Shown here one piece after another: positions 8,780 to 18,134 of a stretch of 64,000 nucleotides of DNA. How positions within the stretch are numbered: the stretch's first letter is position 1; the number at the start of each line of letters is the position of its first letter. Origin of the DNA: Alphaproteobacteria bacterium (GTDB lineage: Bacteria; Pseudomonadota; Alphaproteobacteria; SHVV01); NCBI GenBank assembly GCA_965261735.1, contig OZ253470.1, positions 3,232,001 to 3,296,000 on the forward strand. The letters run 5' to 3'. The translations under genes and the position numbers were made by a program. A model generated the notes under the pieces. The model ran no database searches. It was given only the letters and a program-made list of their open reading frames with translations, and was not told the DNA's origin.

Positions 8780-9955
8780 TTAAGGCAGTATGTCCGCGCC
8801 GATGCTGGCGGCAACCCGGGCCGCCGATTCCTGCACCGAATCTCGCGCGAGATGGGCGTAGCGGGCCGTCGTCTGGATCTTGCTGTGACCGAGCAGCTTG
8901 CCGATCGTCGGCAGGCTCTCGCCCAGCGCCAGGGCACGTGAGGCGAAGCTGTGGCGGAGGTCATGGATGCGTACGTCGTCGAGCTCCGCGCCCTCCCGCA
9001 CCCGATACCAGTAATAGATAATGTGGGAGAGGCGGCTGCCCGGTTTGCGTCCGGCTATCACCCAAGGGTTGCCGGCGTCACGCGGCAGGTCCGCCAGAAC
9101 TCTCGCCGCCCCCGGCGACAGCGGAACCACGCGCGGGCCGGTCTTGCTGTCGCGGAGCCGGATCTCCTTTGCCTCCAGATCCACGTCCTCCCAGCGCAGG
9201 GTCGTGATCTCGCCACACCGGCACCCGGTAAGCATCAGCAGCCGCAGCGCCGCCGCCGCATGCACCGGGAGCCGGCCTTCCGCCTCCAGCGTGTCCAGCA
9301 CCTGCCCGAGACGGCGAAACTCTTCCTCCGTCAGGAACCGCTCCAGCCTGCGCGTTCTGTACTTGGCCACAACGCGGCAGGGATTGCCGCCGCGCGGAAC
9401 CAGACCCCAGGCTTCGGCCTGATCGAGCATCCGTGACAGCGCGCCGATAGCGTTGTTCGCCGCGGTCGGCGTCTTGCGCAGCCTGTAATGCAGGCCGGCC
9501 ACATGCTCTCGTCCGAGCGCGGTAACGGCCAGCTTGCCGTACACCGGCAATATGTGCTTTCCAATCACCTTCCTATACGCTCTCGCCGTGTTCGGCTTGC
9601 AGTGCACCGCCACGTGCTCCGAAAGATATCTCTCGGCGAGCTCGGCCACCGTCGGCCCCGCGGCCGCGGGCACGCTGGGGGGCGGTTTCGGTTCATCGCC
9701 CGCCTTGATGCGGGCGATGATTGACGCCGCCCGCCGCCGGGCCCGGTCGGCGGATATCACGCCATGGCGACCCAGGGTGACGCGCTTCGACCCGCCCGGC
9801 CCGCGACTTTGGACAAGATATACCTTGGCTCCGGAGGGATAGACCCGTACCCCGAAGCCTTGGAGCTCCCGATCCCAGAAGATGATGTCCTTGCCGTCGC
9901 CGGACAGTCCGTCGACGGTGCGCATCGACAGTGACCGGTATTGCAGCTTCGCCAT
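8780..9955 (-). CDS. Tyrosine integrase with N-terminal Arm DNA-binding domain
   Basis: FWDRELQGFGVRVYPSG; TGCR; HDLRH; LLGH; TTARY. Confidence 0.93.
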   Translation of the reverse strand: MAKLQYRSLSMRTVDGLSGDGKDIIFWDRELQGFGVRVYPSGAKVYLVQSRGPGGSKRVTLGRHGVISADRARRRAASIIARIKAGDEPKPPPSVPAAAGPTVAELAERYLSEHVAVHCKPNTARAYRKVIGKHILPVYGKLAVTALGREHVAGLHYRLRKTPTAANNAIGALSRMLDQAEAWGLVPRGGNPCRVVAKYRTRRLERFLTEEEFRRLGQVLDTLEAEGRLPVHAAAALRLLMLTGCRCGEITTLRWEDVDLEAKEIRLRDSKTGPRVVPLSPGAARVLADLPRDAGNPWVIAGRKPGSRLSHIIYYWYRVREGAELDDVRIHDLRHSFASRALALGESLPTIGKLLGHSKIQTTARYAHLARDSVQESAARVAASIGADILP

Positions 9956-9985
9956 GCCTCCGCTCCCTTTCCACGAATCCGCCTG

Positions 9986-11182
9986 TTACGCCTCGGCTCT
10001 CTGCGCGGCGCTCTCCGTCCGCAGGATGTCGGCCTCGATGCTGTCGCCCACCTTGGCCGCCGCGACCTTCTCCGCATCCCGAACGAGATGAACGTAACGC
10101 GCCGTGCTCGCGACATCCGTGTGGCCGAGCAGCCGCCCGATCATGTTCAGGCTCTCGCCGAGCGCCAGGGCGCGCGACGCGAAGCTGTGACGCAAATCGT
10201 GGATCCGCACATCCTCCAGCCCGCAGCGCCCCCGCGCGTGGCGCCAGTAGCTGGAGAGCTGCGACAGATGCCTGTCCGGTGTAACCCCAGCGAACACCCA
10301 AGGGCTGCGCGGGGCGCGGGCGATCCCCGCGAGCACCGCCGTCGCCGTGGGCGTCAGCGGTACCATCCGTGCGCCCGTCTTGGCGTCGCGCAACCGCAGC
10401 TCTCGAGCCTTTCGGTCCACATCGTCCCATCGCAGGGTCAGAATCTCGTTGAGCCGGCACCCGGTCAGCATCAACAACCGCAATGCCGCCGCCGCGCGCG
10501 CCGATAACGGGCCACCGGCATCGAGGGAACACAACACCCGGCCCAACCGCCGGTACTCGTCCGGTGTGAGGAACCGCTCGCGCATGCCTTCCTTGTACTT
10601 GCGCACGAAACGGCAGGGGTTGCCGCCAGCCGGAGCCAGCCCCCAGTCCTCGGCCAACGAGAACATCTTGGACAGCACCATGAGCGCCCGGTTGGCCGCG
10701 CGGGGGGTGTCGCGAAGCCCGTAGTGCAGCGCCGCCGCCTCCGGCGGGCCAACCGAGGTGATCGGCATCGCTCCCAGTGCCGGCAGGATGTGGTTGTCGA
10801 GCGATCCGCGGTAGATCCCCGCAGTGTGCGCGTTGCAGTTCACCGCCACGTGCGTCTCCAGGTAGCGCTGTGCCAGATCGGCCACGGTGAACGCGGGCTC
10901 CGGCGGTGCCGCCACCGGGTTCTCGCCCCTCTTGATGCGGTCGATGACGGCAACCGCCTGTTTGCGCGCCTGCTCGACGGTGAGCTCGCCATGCCGGCCG
11001 AGGGTAATGCGCTTCGATCCGCCCGGGCCGCGGCTCTGCACGACATAGATCTTGCGCCCGGACGGATAGACGCGGACCCCGAAGCCCGGGAGTTCGCGAT
11101 CCCAGAAGACGGCGTCCTTTGCTTCGACGGACAGCCCGTCGACGGTTCGTTTGGAGATTGTGAGCTCGGCTCGTCTTGGCAT
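9986..11182 (-). CDS. Second tyrosine integrase with Arm domain (tandem paralog)
   Basis: FWDRELPGFGVRVYPSG; TGCR; HDLRH; LLGH; STARY; start placed at MPRRAELTISKRTVD by comparison with the paralog. Confidence 0.93.
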   Translation of the reverse strand: MPRRAELTISKRTVDGLSVEAKDAVFWDRELPGFGVRVYPSGRKIYVVQSRGPGGSKRITLGRHGELTVEQARKQAVAVIDRIKRGENPVAAPPEPAFTVADLAQRYLETHVAVNCNAHTAGIYRGSLDNHILPALGAMPITSVGPPEAAALHYGLRDTPRAANRALMVLSKMFSLAEDWGLAPAGGNPCRFVRKYKEGMRERFLTPDEYRRLGRVLCSLDAGGPLSARAAAALRLLMLTGCRLNEILTLRWDDVDRKARELRLRDAKTGARMVPLTPTATAVLAGIARAPRSPWVFAGVTPDRHLSQLSSYWRHARGRCGLEDVRIHDLRHSFASRALALGESLNMIGRLLGHTDVASTARYVHLVRDAEKVAAAKVGDSIEADILRTESAAQRAEA

Positions 11183-11436
11183 CGGATCGGGTCCCCGTTC
11201 CCCGTTCGAAACCGTTCGCTTCTCGCTGCCGATCGCCGTCTTCGGTATAGTAAGCACTACGGAAGCGATCGGGATCAAACGCGTGCGCATTGGAGCACGT
11301 GTTTGGCGCGGGGTCAATGGATCAGAGAAGAAATCAACCTATTGTAATACCGTCATTTATCATAGCTCTGCGTATGTTTGCGCACGTGTGTCGCCGAAAG
11401 TCAGTTTTGTATTGTGTATTAAGGAAAGCCTCGAAG

Positions 11437-13437
11437 ATGTCTACACAGAAAAACTTGATCACGCTCTGCATCGCGACCGTGTTCACGCTCGGGCTCGCGG
11501 CGTGCGGCGGCGGCGGCGATGCACCGGTGACCAGCATGATGGACACCACCACCACCCTTCCGACGACGATCGCGGGCAAGACCGTTCCGTCCGGAACGAC
11601 AATCACATTGCCAGCAGGCACTGACGCTCCAACAGTCACATTCAGTGCCGTTATGGACGAAACGATTACTGTCGAAGATATTGGCACCTTTACGTGTGTC
11701 AGCGCTGATGGCTGCTCGGTTGCTGTGGCGGATGACGTAGTAACGACTACCGGCGATATTCTGGTGGTATCAGTAGAAGGCGGTGTTGCTGCCCTGATAG
11801 CTGCTGCGCTGCCTCCGGAGCCGGCTGAGCTGAATGAGCTTGAAACCGCTCAAGCAGATGCAGCGGCAGCAGCGACGGCCGCGATGACGGCAGCGGGCAA
11901 CGCGGAGACATCGGCCACGGCAGCCACGGAAGCGGTGGCGAATCTCGCGACCGTGCAGACCGGCGAAACGTCGCGCGGTCTGGCCACGAAGGCCGGCGAA
12001 CAGGCCGCCCTGGCGCATGCCGCGTATATGACCGCCAAGACGGCATCCGACGCTGCTGAGGCGGCGATGGATGTGACGGCCGCGGTGCGGGCGCAGGTCG
12101 ATGCCGAGAATGCCCTGGCGGACGCCACGGCCGCCGAAACCATGGCCGGCGAGTATGGCCAAATGGCGATGGATGCCGCTGGCAATGAGCTGATGATCGT
12201 CGACACGGCCAAGACCGTCGGCGGTACGTCTCTCGATGCCATGGCCGGGTCTAGCGTGGTGACCACTGACGGCAATACGGTGGAGACAGGTCTGTTGCCC
12301 AAGGGTGACCAGCCCATGGACACGGTCATCGCGAGTGAAGGGGTACCGGGTGCAGTAGGCACGGAGGAAGACCCAAGTCTGTTTAAGGCGACCACGGCAG
12401 GTGCGGCAGAACGTAAGTTCCCCATTGGCAAGTTGGTTGATTCAGCCGACGACATGGCTCGCCTGATGATCGTTACCCAATATGCTGGCTCCAAGACGGT
12501 GAAGGTGTATGCCACGGATGGCAACACGACGGTGATGACCATGAAAGCGGGTTATCTCACCATTGATGATGACGTAGTAAACAATGGGGCCGGAGAAAGT
12601 GGGGCCGACCTGAACAACGTGGCTCTCAAGTCCGAGGGTTCCTACTATCTTGCTGGAACGAACGGCACCATTGAACCTACTGACTCAGTCGCTGCCACCG
12701 CCAAAGCAGTGGAAGTGTTCTCCTACGTCGATCCCAACGAAACCGATAATGCGGCTGGGGATAAGACATACGTGGTGTGGACGAGCGCTTTGGATCAAGG
12801 TACGACCACCACCACCACCTATACGCAAGTCAACATCCATGTCACGCTCGACCGCGATGGCGATAGCGAGACTGCAGATGACGACGTGGAGGTGACGGCC
12901 AAGATCCCCGAGGCGACGGACTACAAGCACATCCACTTCGGTGTCTGGGCTGCTCTCGGGGCAGCTGAGATGGACGGTTCCCAGGAACTCTCCGATCTCG
13001 GTATTGGCTTCGTCCAGAGCATCGGTGACGGCCTGACCGGCGCCGATATGCCGAACAACGGCGGTGCCATGTACAGTGGAAACTGGGTTGGTGCCGTGCA
13101 GAGGGCGGACGAGGACGGCAACGGCGACATTTCGCTGGTAAACAACGCCGCGACGTTGGACGCGGACTTCGACAAGGCCACGATCACAGCGACCCTGACC
13201 GGCTTAGCCACGCTTGAAGGTGCCATTGACACGAACACCTTCTCCGGGACGAAGGCAACGGTTGGGGCAGGGGCAGGTAACATGTATAACCTTGACTCCA
13301 CTGGTGAGTTCATGGGCTCATTCAGTGGCGGGTTCTACGGATCCAAGGCTGCGGAAGCCGGTGGTGTCTTCGACTTCACGTCGGAAGACAACGAGGCCGG
13401 TGCTTTCCGCGGTGCCTTCGGCGCCGACAGGAACTAG
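11437..13437 (+). CDS. Surface lipoprotein with Ala-rich stalk and C-terminal TbpB-like beta-barrel
   Basis: Lipobox LAA-C then GGGG; HFGVW, YSGNW, FSGGFYG.KAAEAGGVF, GAFGA. Confidence 0.8.
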   Translation: MSTQKNLITLCIATVFTLGLAACGGGGDAPVTSMMDTTTTLPTTIAGKTVPSGTTITLPAGTDAPTVTFSAVMDETITVEDIGTFTCVSADGCSVAVADDVVTTTGDILVVSVEGGVAALIAAALPPEPAELNELETAQADAAAAATAAMTAAGNAETSATAATEAVANLATVQTGETSRGLATKAGEQAALAHAAYMTAKTASDAAEAAMDVTAAVRAQVDAENALADATAAETMAGEYGQMAMDAAGNELMIVDTAKTVGGTSLDAMAGSSVVTTDGNTVETGLLPKGDQPMDTVIASEGVPGAVGTEEDPSLFKATTAGAAERKFPIGKLVDSADDMARLMIVTQYAGSKTVKVYATDGNTTVMTMKAGYLTIDDDVVNNGAGESGADLNNVALKSEGSYYLAGTNGTIEPTDSVAATAKAVEVFSYVDPNETDNAAGDKTYVVWTSALDQGTTTTTTYTQVNIHVTLDRDGDSETADDDVEVTAKIPEATDYKHIHFGVWAALGAAEMDGSQELSDLGIGFVQSIGDGLTGADMPNNGGAMYSGNWVGAVQRADEDGNGDISLVNNAATLDADFDKATITATLTGLATLEGAIDTNTFSGTKATVGAGAGNMYNLDSTGEFMGSFSGGFYGSKAAEAGGVFDFTSEDNEAGAFRGAFGADRN

Positions 13438-13467
13438 GTCTGCTTACCTGACCTGCTGATCACAGCA

Positions 13468-13511
13468 GGGCGCCCGATCCGTCGCCGGATCGGGCGCCTT
13501 TTTCTTTTCCC
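13468..13511 (+). terminator. Rho-independent terminator
   Basis: GGGCGCCCGATCCG/CGGATCGGGCGCCT stem followed by a T-rich tract. Confidence 0.85.
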
Positions 13512-13535
13512 TTTACAGCTCAACCGGATCGAGTC

Positions 13536-13645
13536 ATGCGCAGGTACACCAGACCGTTCGGGGCCGTGCTGGTGGCGCTGGTTCTCGCATTTGCCGTCGC
13601 GGTCGAAGCGGCGGAGACGCAAGCGCCGCCGCGCCCGCCAATCGC
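13536..13645 (+). pseudogene. 5' stub of an exported protein (possibly the cognate Slam), truncated by a RIT remnant
   Basis: Sec signal MRRYTRPFGAVLVALVLAFAVAVEA; Slam identity inferred from position only. Confidence 0.4.
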
Positions 13646-14051
13646 CGCGCAACCGCTCGAGGAACCCCTCAAGGAGACGCAGGTTGTCGTCGAGATCGCC
13701 GGGAGTTTCGATTCTCCCCGTCCGCTCGAGGAAGCGGATGAAGCGCATGAGCTCGGGTGAAGTACGACGCTTGCGCCACGGGTGCAGCCGGACAGACGCC
13801 GGGACTGCGTCACAACAGTCGCAATCGTGCTGCAGAAAGCGATCGATCGCTGTGCTCTCGACCGCTTCGAGCGGAATGCCACAGTGCGCAAGCCAGATCA
13901 GAAAGTGACGTGCAAGGCCGCGATAGTGACGGACGCGGCCTTCGGCAATCTCCCCACGGAGACGGAGATCGTCGATGAACGCAAGGATGATCGGGTCGAA
14001 GCCAACCAGTGCTGTGGTCGCCAGAAGCGGGCGTTTGGGTATCGAAGACAT
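13646..14051 (-). pseudogene. N-terminal fragment of a RitA-like recombinase
   Basis: ARHFLIWL...IDRFLQHDCDC...FIRFLERTG; lies downstream of the RIT-type end at 15227-15311. Confidence 0.6.
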
Positions 14052-14087
14052 TTGTCGTCCTCCAACTCTTGAAAAGGGAGAACGACA

Positions 14088-15192
14088 CTTGCCTATCCGG
14101 TTTACACCCACACCCACTAGGGCTTGAATGGGCGCAAACCGGATATAGGGGAGCGCGCCATGGATGTTCTCGACCGCGCCGATCTCCCATTCCCGCATTC
14201 GCTACCCGAGTTCCAGCGACTTTTCCCCGATGATGCGGCCTGCGCCGCCTACCTGGAGAAAGCCCGCTGGGGAGACGGCTTTGCCTGCCCGCACTGCGGC
14301 ACGGCGGGAGAGCCGTTCCACTTTGAAAACCGCCCTGGCGTCCTGCGCTGCCGCAAGTGCCGCCAGAACACCGGGCTGACGGTGGGAACAGTGATGGAGC
14401 GTAGCCACACTCCGCTGAACGTCTGGTTCTGGGCCGCTTATCTGGTCGCCAGTCAGACGCCCGGCATGTCCGCCGTGCAGTTTCAGCGGCAACTTGGTCT
14501 TTCGCGCTACGAGACGGCCTTTCAAATTCTCCACAAGCTCCGCTCGGGCATGGTGCGGCCCAACCAAGACAGGATCGGTGGACAGCCCAAGAACCATGTT
14601 GAGGTGGACGAAACCTGGGTTGGCGGGCGAACGCGTGGGGAAGGCCGTGGTGTTCACCACAAGGTTCCCGTCTCCTGTGCCATCGAGGTGCGTCATCGAA
14701 AGCCGGGCACCAAGCTCGACAACCGGAAAGACGGACGCTATGCCGGACGCGTTCGGCTCGCCGTCGTGCTCGACCGTAGCGCCGAGTCGCTCTGTGGGTT
14801 CGTCGAGAGCACCGTCGCGCCGCGATCGCTGATCGTTACTGACGATTGGAGCGGCTATGCTGGCCTCGGTAAGCGCGGCTATGAGCACTTCGCTGTTGCC
14901 GAGTGTGGTGATCCAGAGGTTGCCGAGCAATACCTGCCGATCATCCATCTGGTTTTCGCCAACCTGAAGACGTGGCTGATCGGTATCCACCACGGCGTTA
15001 GCCACCAGCACCTACAAGCCTACCTCAACGAGTTCACCTTCCGCTTCAACAGGCGGTTCTACCCGTTCAACGCCTTCCGCTCATTGCTCGGCATCGCGGG
15101 CGACACCTCTGCTCCAACCTATGCCGAGCTTTACTCGGGAGAGTGGCGGCACCCTACATGTAGCGGTCATGGGCGTTAACCGGATAGGCAAG
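14088..15192 (+). mobile_element. IS1595-family element
   Basis: TIR CTTGCCTATCCGGTT(T/A)AC(A/G)CCCA; 8-bp TSD GAACGACA at 14080-14087 and 15193-15200. Confidence 0.93.
14160..15179 (+). CDS. IS1595-family transposase
   Basis: CPHCG/CRKC zinc ribbon, VEVDETW, TDDWSGY, YLNEFTFRFNRR. Confidence 0.93.
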   Translation: MDVLDRADLPFPHSLPEFQRLFPDDAACAAYLEKARWGDGFACPHCGTAGEPFHFENRPGVLRCRKCRQNTGLTVGTVMERSHTPLNVWFWAAYLVASQTPGMSAVQFQRQLGLSRYETAFQILHKLRSGMVRPNQDRIGGQPKNHVEVDETWVGGRTRGEGRGVHHKVPVSCAIEVRHRKPGTKLDNRKDGRYAGRVRLAVVLDRSAESLCGFVESTVAPRSLIVTDDWSGYAGLGKRGYEHFAVAECGDPEVAEQYLPIIHLVFANLKTWLIGIHHGVSHQHLQAYLNEFTFRFNRRFYPFNAFRSLLGIAGDTSAPTYAELYSGEWRHPTCSGHGR

Positions 15193-15226
15193 GAACGACA
15201 ATACCGGCGGCAAGTAACGGCCAGGA

Positions 15227-15311
15227 TTAATGCCGAGTGAATCTGTCGAAAACCCGCGTGGATCCGCAGATTCCTGGAGGTCACTCGGCATTAAACACTT
15301 CTCGGCATTAC
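15227..15311. repeat. RIT-type terminal repeat array
   Basis: TAATGCCGAG once forward (about 15228) and twice reversed (CTCGGCATTA at 15284 and 15301). Confidence 0.6.
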
Positions 15312-15522
15312 CGTAAAGGATGCCGGCCGACTTGGCCTTCGCGCATCTTGCGCGCTCGGCCTTGCGCCGCTTTTCGCCGCAGTGCCGGCACAAGGTGCGG
15401 TCGGGCGCGGGCCTCGCCTTCCCGCACCTCGGACAAAGCCCGCTGGTAATGCGGTCGGCGGTAATGCGTTCATAACGGCGCCGCCCGCATGCACGTTCTT
15501 TCTCGGGATCTTTGTAGGGCAT
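15312..15522 (-). pseudogene. Basic Cys-rich (CxxC...CxxC) protein cut by the RIT end
   Basis: MPYKDPEKERA...GLCPRCG...LCRHCGEK. Confidence 0.5.
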
Positions 15523-15634
15523 GTTCCTCCCTTCCGCGGTTGTGGTCCGGGCGAAGGACGACCGGCCGCACATCGCAGGGGATCGCCGGTCAGCGATACC
15601 TGGCGTTCACGAACAGGCCCGTCGTTCGATCACC

Positions 15635-16752
15635 CTTATGCTGTCTGGGGTCATTTGTTGCGGCGATGACCTATCCATCTGTTTTCCTTGGAGTTGAGTG
15701 GGTAATAGCCAACATAATTGTCTCCGCGGCGCGTGACGGACATCATCGTGGCTCCCACAACGAGGAGACACGTCGTGTTCGAAGAGCTGTTCACAAAACC
15801 AAGCACTATCGAGAGGTACCGGGCTGCGCCGCTGATCGAACCGCGAGAGCGATACCTTCGGCACCTCGCAGAGTCCGGCGCCAGACGACTTACGTTGCGA
15901 CAAATCGCGTAGGATCAGGTTCGCCTGCTTCATGTTCTGGACCTGCGCGAGGGCGGGAAGGTCGCCGTTGCCCGGATCGAGGCCACAGCCCCGGAATGGG
16001 ACCGCACGCGGCGGCACAAACTCGGCCGCAGGCCACGGACTTCACGGAAATCAACGAAGCGTGCGTTGAGCAGGGTCACTCGGTGGCTACGCGATCCTGC
16101 TGTTCCTCTACAAGACCGGAGCGCGTGTATCGGAAGCCACGCAACTGCGAGTGGGCGACCTGCAGATCGGGCGCCGCGATGGCGGCCACGCACTCGTCAC
16201 CCTGCACGGAAAGGGTGGAAAGGTACGCCAATGCCCATTGCGGCCGGAAATCGAACGCGTCCTAGTGGAGCTAGTCGACGGCCGTGCCGCAGATGAAGCT
16301 GTCTTCCTCGACAGGCGCCGACAACCGTTCACCCGGTTCGGCGTCTACTGGGTCGTCGAGCGCTGCGCGGCCCAAGTGCCGGCGTTGGCCGGGAGGAAAA
16401 TAACGCCCCATGTGCTGAGACATACGTCCGCCTCCCACTTGGTGTTCGCCGGCGTGGACATCAACACTGTGCGTGCGTGGCTCGGGCATTCCTCCATCGA
16501 TACCACCAACATCTATGCCGAAATCAACCTCAAGATGAAAGCCGAGGCGATGGCACTGTGCGATGTCGCGGAACCCGCCCCGGGGCGCCCCTGGAAGGAG
16601 GACAAAGACTTGATGGCGTTCCTGAACTCCTATTGAGCACACCAGATTATGTTGCGGCGATCCGAACTCCTTCTCCAGCAAACTCAAGGAACCGGCGGTA
16701 GCTCATCGAAGGATCCGTCAGCGCCGCAACATATGACCCCAGACAGCATAAG
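15635..16752 (+). mobile_element. Internally deleted RIT element (ritA 5' joined to ritC 3')
   Basis: 31-bp inverted repeats CTTATGCTGTCTGGGGTCAT(T/A)TGTTGCGGCG; ritA-like start GTG 15775 with stop at 15912; ritC-like TGARVSE..HGKG..HVLRH ending 16636. Confidence 0.8.
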
Positions 16753-17272
16753 ATCCCCAATACTGAATGCCGGAGCCGGCGATCTTCACGCCGGTGCAGA
16801 CGATGATCTCGTCCCGCTCGGGCCGCATCCGCTGCACGGCCCCGAGCGACATGACCTGGCGCGGTTGCTTGCCGGTCTTCGACTTGCCCTTGCCGGGCCA
16901 ACGGACGATCTCGCCGTCGAACGTCGACTTGTACCGCTCCACCACATAGCGGTTATCGTCGAGACCGCGCCTGAACATATGGATGAGAAAGGTGCGCGCG
17001 TTGGCGCCGGGCGCCGTGACTGTCTGCATGATGCCGCCTCCCCTGGGATCGGTAGTTGCGAGCGGCGGGGACGCTCTCCGGGCCATCCATCCGCCGCCCT
17101 GCTCCCGGCCAGCCTCGGCCTCTTCATGGCGCGCCGGCGTGAAAGTGGCTTGTGATGGGGACATGGCGCAACGCAGGCCAGCTGCCCTGGCGCCCAGGGT
17201 CGGCACGGGTTTGTAATATATTCGGAGATTCCGAGTATACTAGGGGCGCAAGGTGATTTTATATTTTGGGCC

Positions 17273-17776
17273 ATGTCAGAGTCAGCGCTCATATTCGACA
17301 CTCACGAGGACATCCAGGAACTGGTGAAGTCCGGCATGCCGGAACCCCAGGCTGAAACCGTGGTGCGTCAGCGTGTCCGGCTGCTGGAACGCAACCTCGC
17401 CACCAAGGCTGATATCGCAGCAACCAACGCCGATATCGAGACGCTGCGGCTGGAGACCAAGGCCGATATTGCAGCAACCAACGCCAATATCGAGACGCTG
17501 CGGTTGGAGACCAAGGCTGATATTGCAGCAACCAACGCCAATATCGAGACGCTGCGGCTGGAGACCAAGGCCGATATCGCGGCAACCAACGCCAATATCG
17601 AGACGCTGCGGCAGGAGACCAAGGCCGATATCGCGGCAACCAACGCCAATATCGAGACGCTGCGGCAGGAGACCGAAAAGCTGATAGCTCTCGGCAAGAA
17701 CGATATTATCAAGTGGGTTGTCGGCGCCAATCTCGGGGTCGCCGCCTTGATCGTGGCCGCAATCAAACTCCTCTAA
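17273..17776 (+). CDS. DUF1640/CCDC90-like coiled-coil protein (5 x 18-aa repeats)
   Basis: Matches 7117-7566 apart from one extra 54-bp unit and a few substitutions. Confidence 0.75.
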   Translation: MSESALIFDTHEDIQELVKSGMPEPQAETVVRQRVRLLERNLATKADIAATNADIETLRLETKADIAATNANIETLRLETKADIAATNANIETLRLETKADIAATNANIETLRQETKADIAATNANIETLRQETEKLIALGKNDIIKWVVGANLGVAALIVAAIKLL

Positions 17777-17799
17777 TCGCCGGCCTGGATCACGCTCAG

Positions 17800-17863
17800 T
17801 CAGCATCCAGCGTGGCGCCCGCAGGCAGTATGTCCGCGCCGATGCTGGCGGCGACCCTGGCCG
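17800..17863 (-). pseudogene. Extreme 3' end of an integrase
   Basis: ARVAASIGADILPAGATLDAD*, same as 7590-7653. Confidence 0.7.
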
Positions 17864-18134
17864 TGCCCGGAACCTTCTCCGGCGCAAAAGACGACCTGAT
17901 GAGGGTTCTTTGCGGGAAGTGACGCTCAGAATTAATGCCGCACGACGCCTATCGAGCAGCCAGCGTACCGCCATCCGTTCAGCCCCATTCAATTCGCCGG
18001 ATCGGGTTGAGGCACCCGCCGGATTGGTCCATTCTGTCGTCTGGGAGACATGAAGCCGCCACGCTTCCGCTCTCCGTCCTGTTGCGCGCCGGGGGCGATG
18101 GTTCCGAAAGGCGCGCGGCGTCGCGCGCGAGGAC

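Noticed and set aside
8780-11182. Integron integrase with a cassette array
   Set aside because: Arm-domain integrases without the IntI insertion; no attC series recognised
17931-17945. Lone TTAATGCCG as another RIT end
   Set aside because: No accompanying repeat array or recombinase
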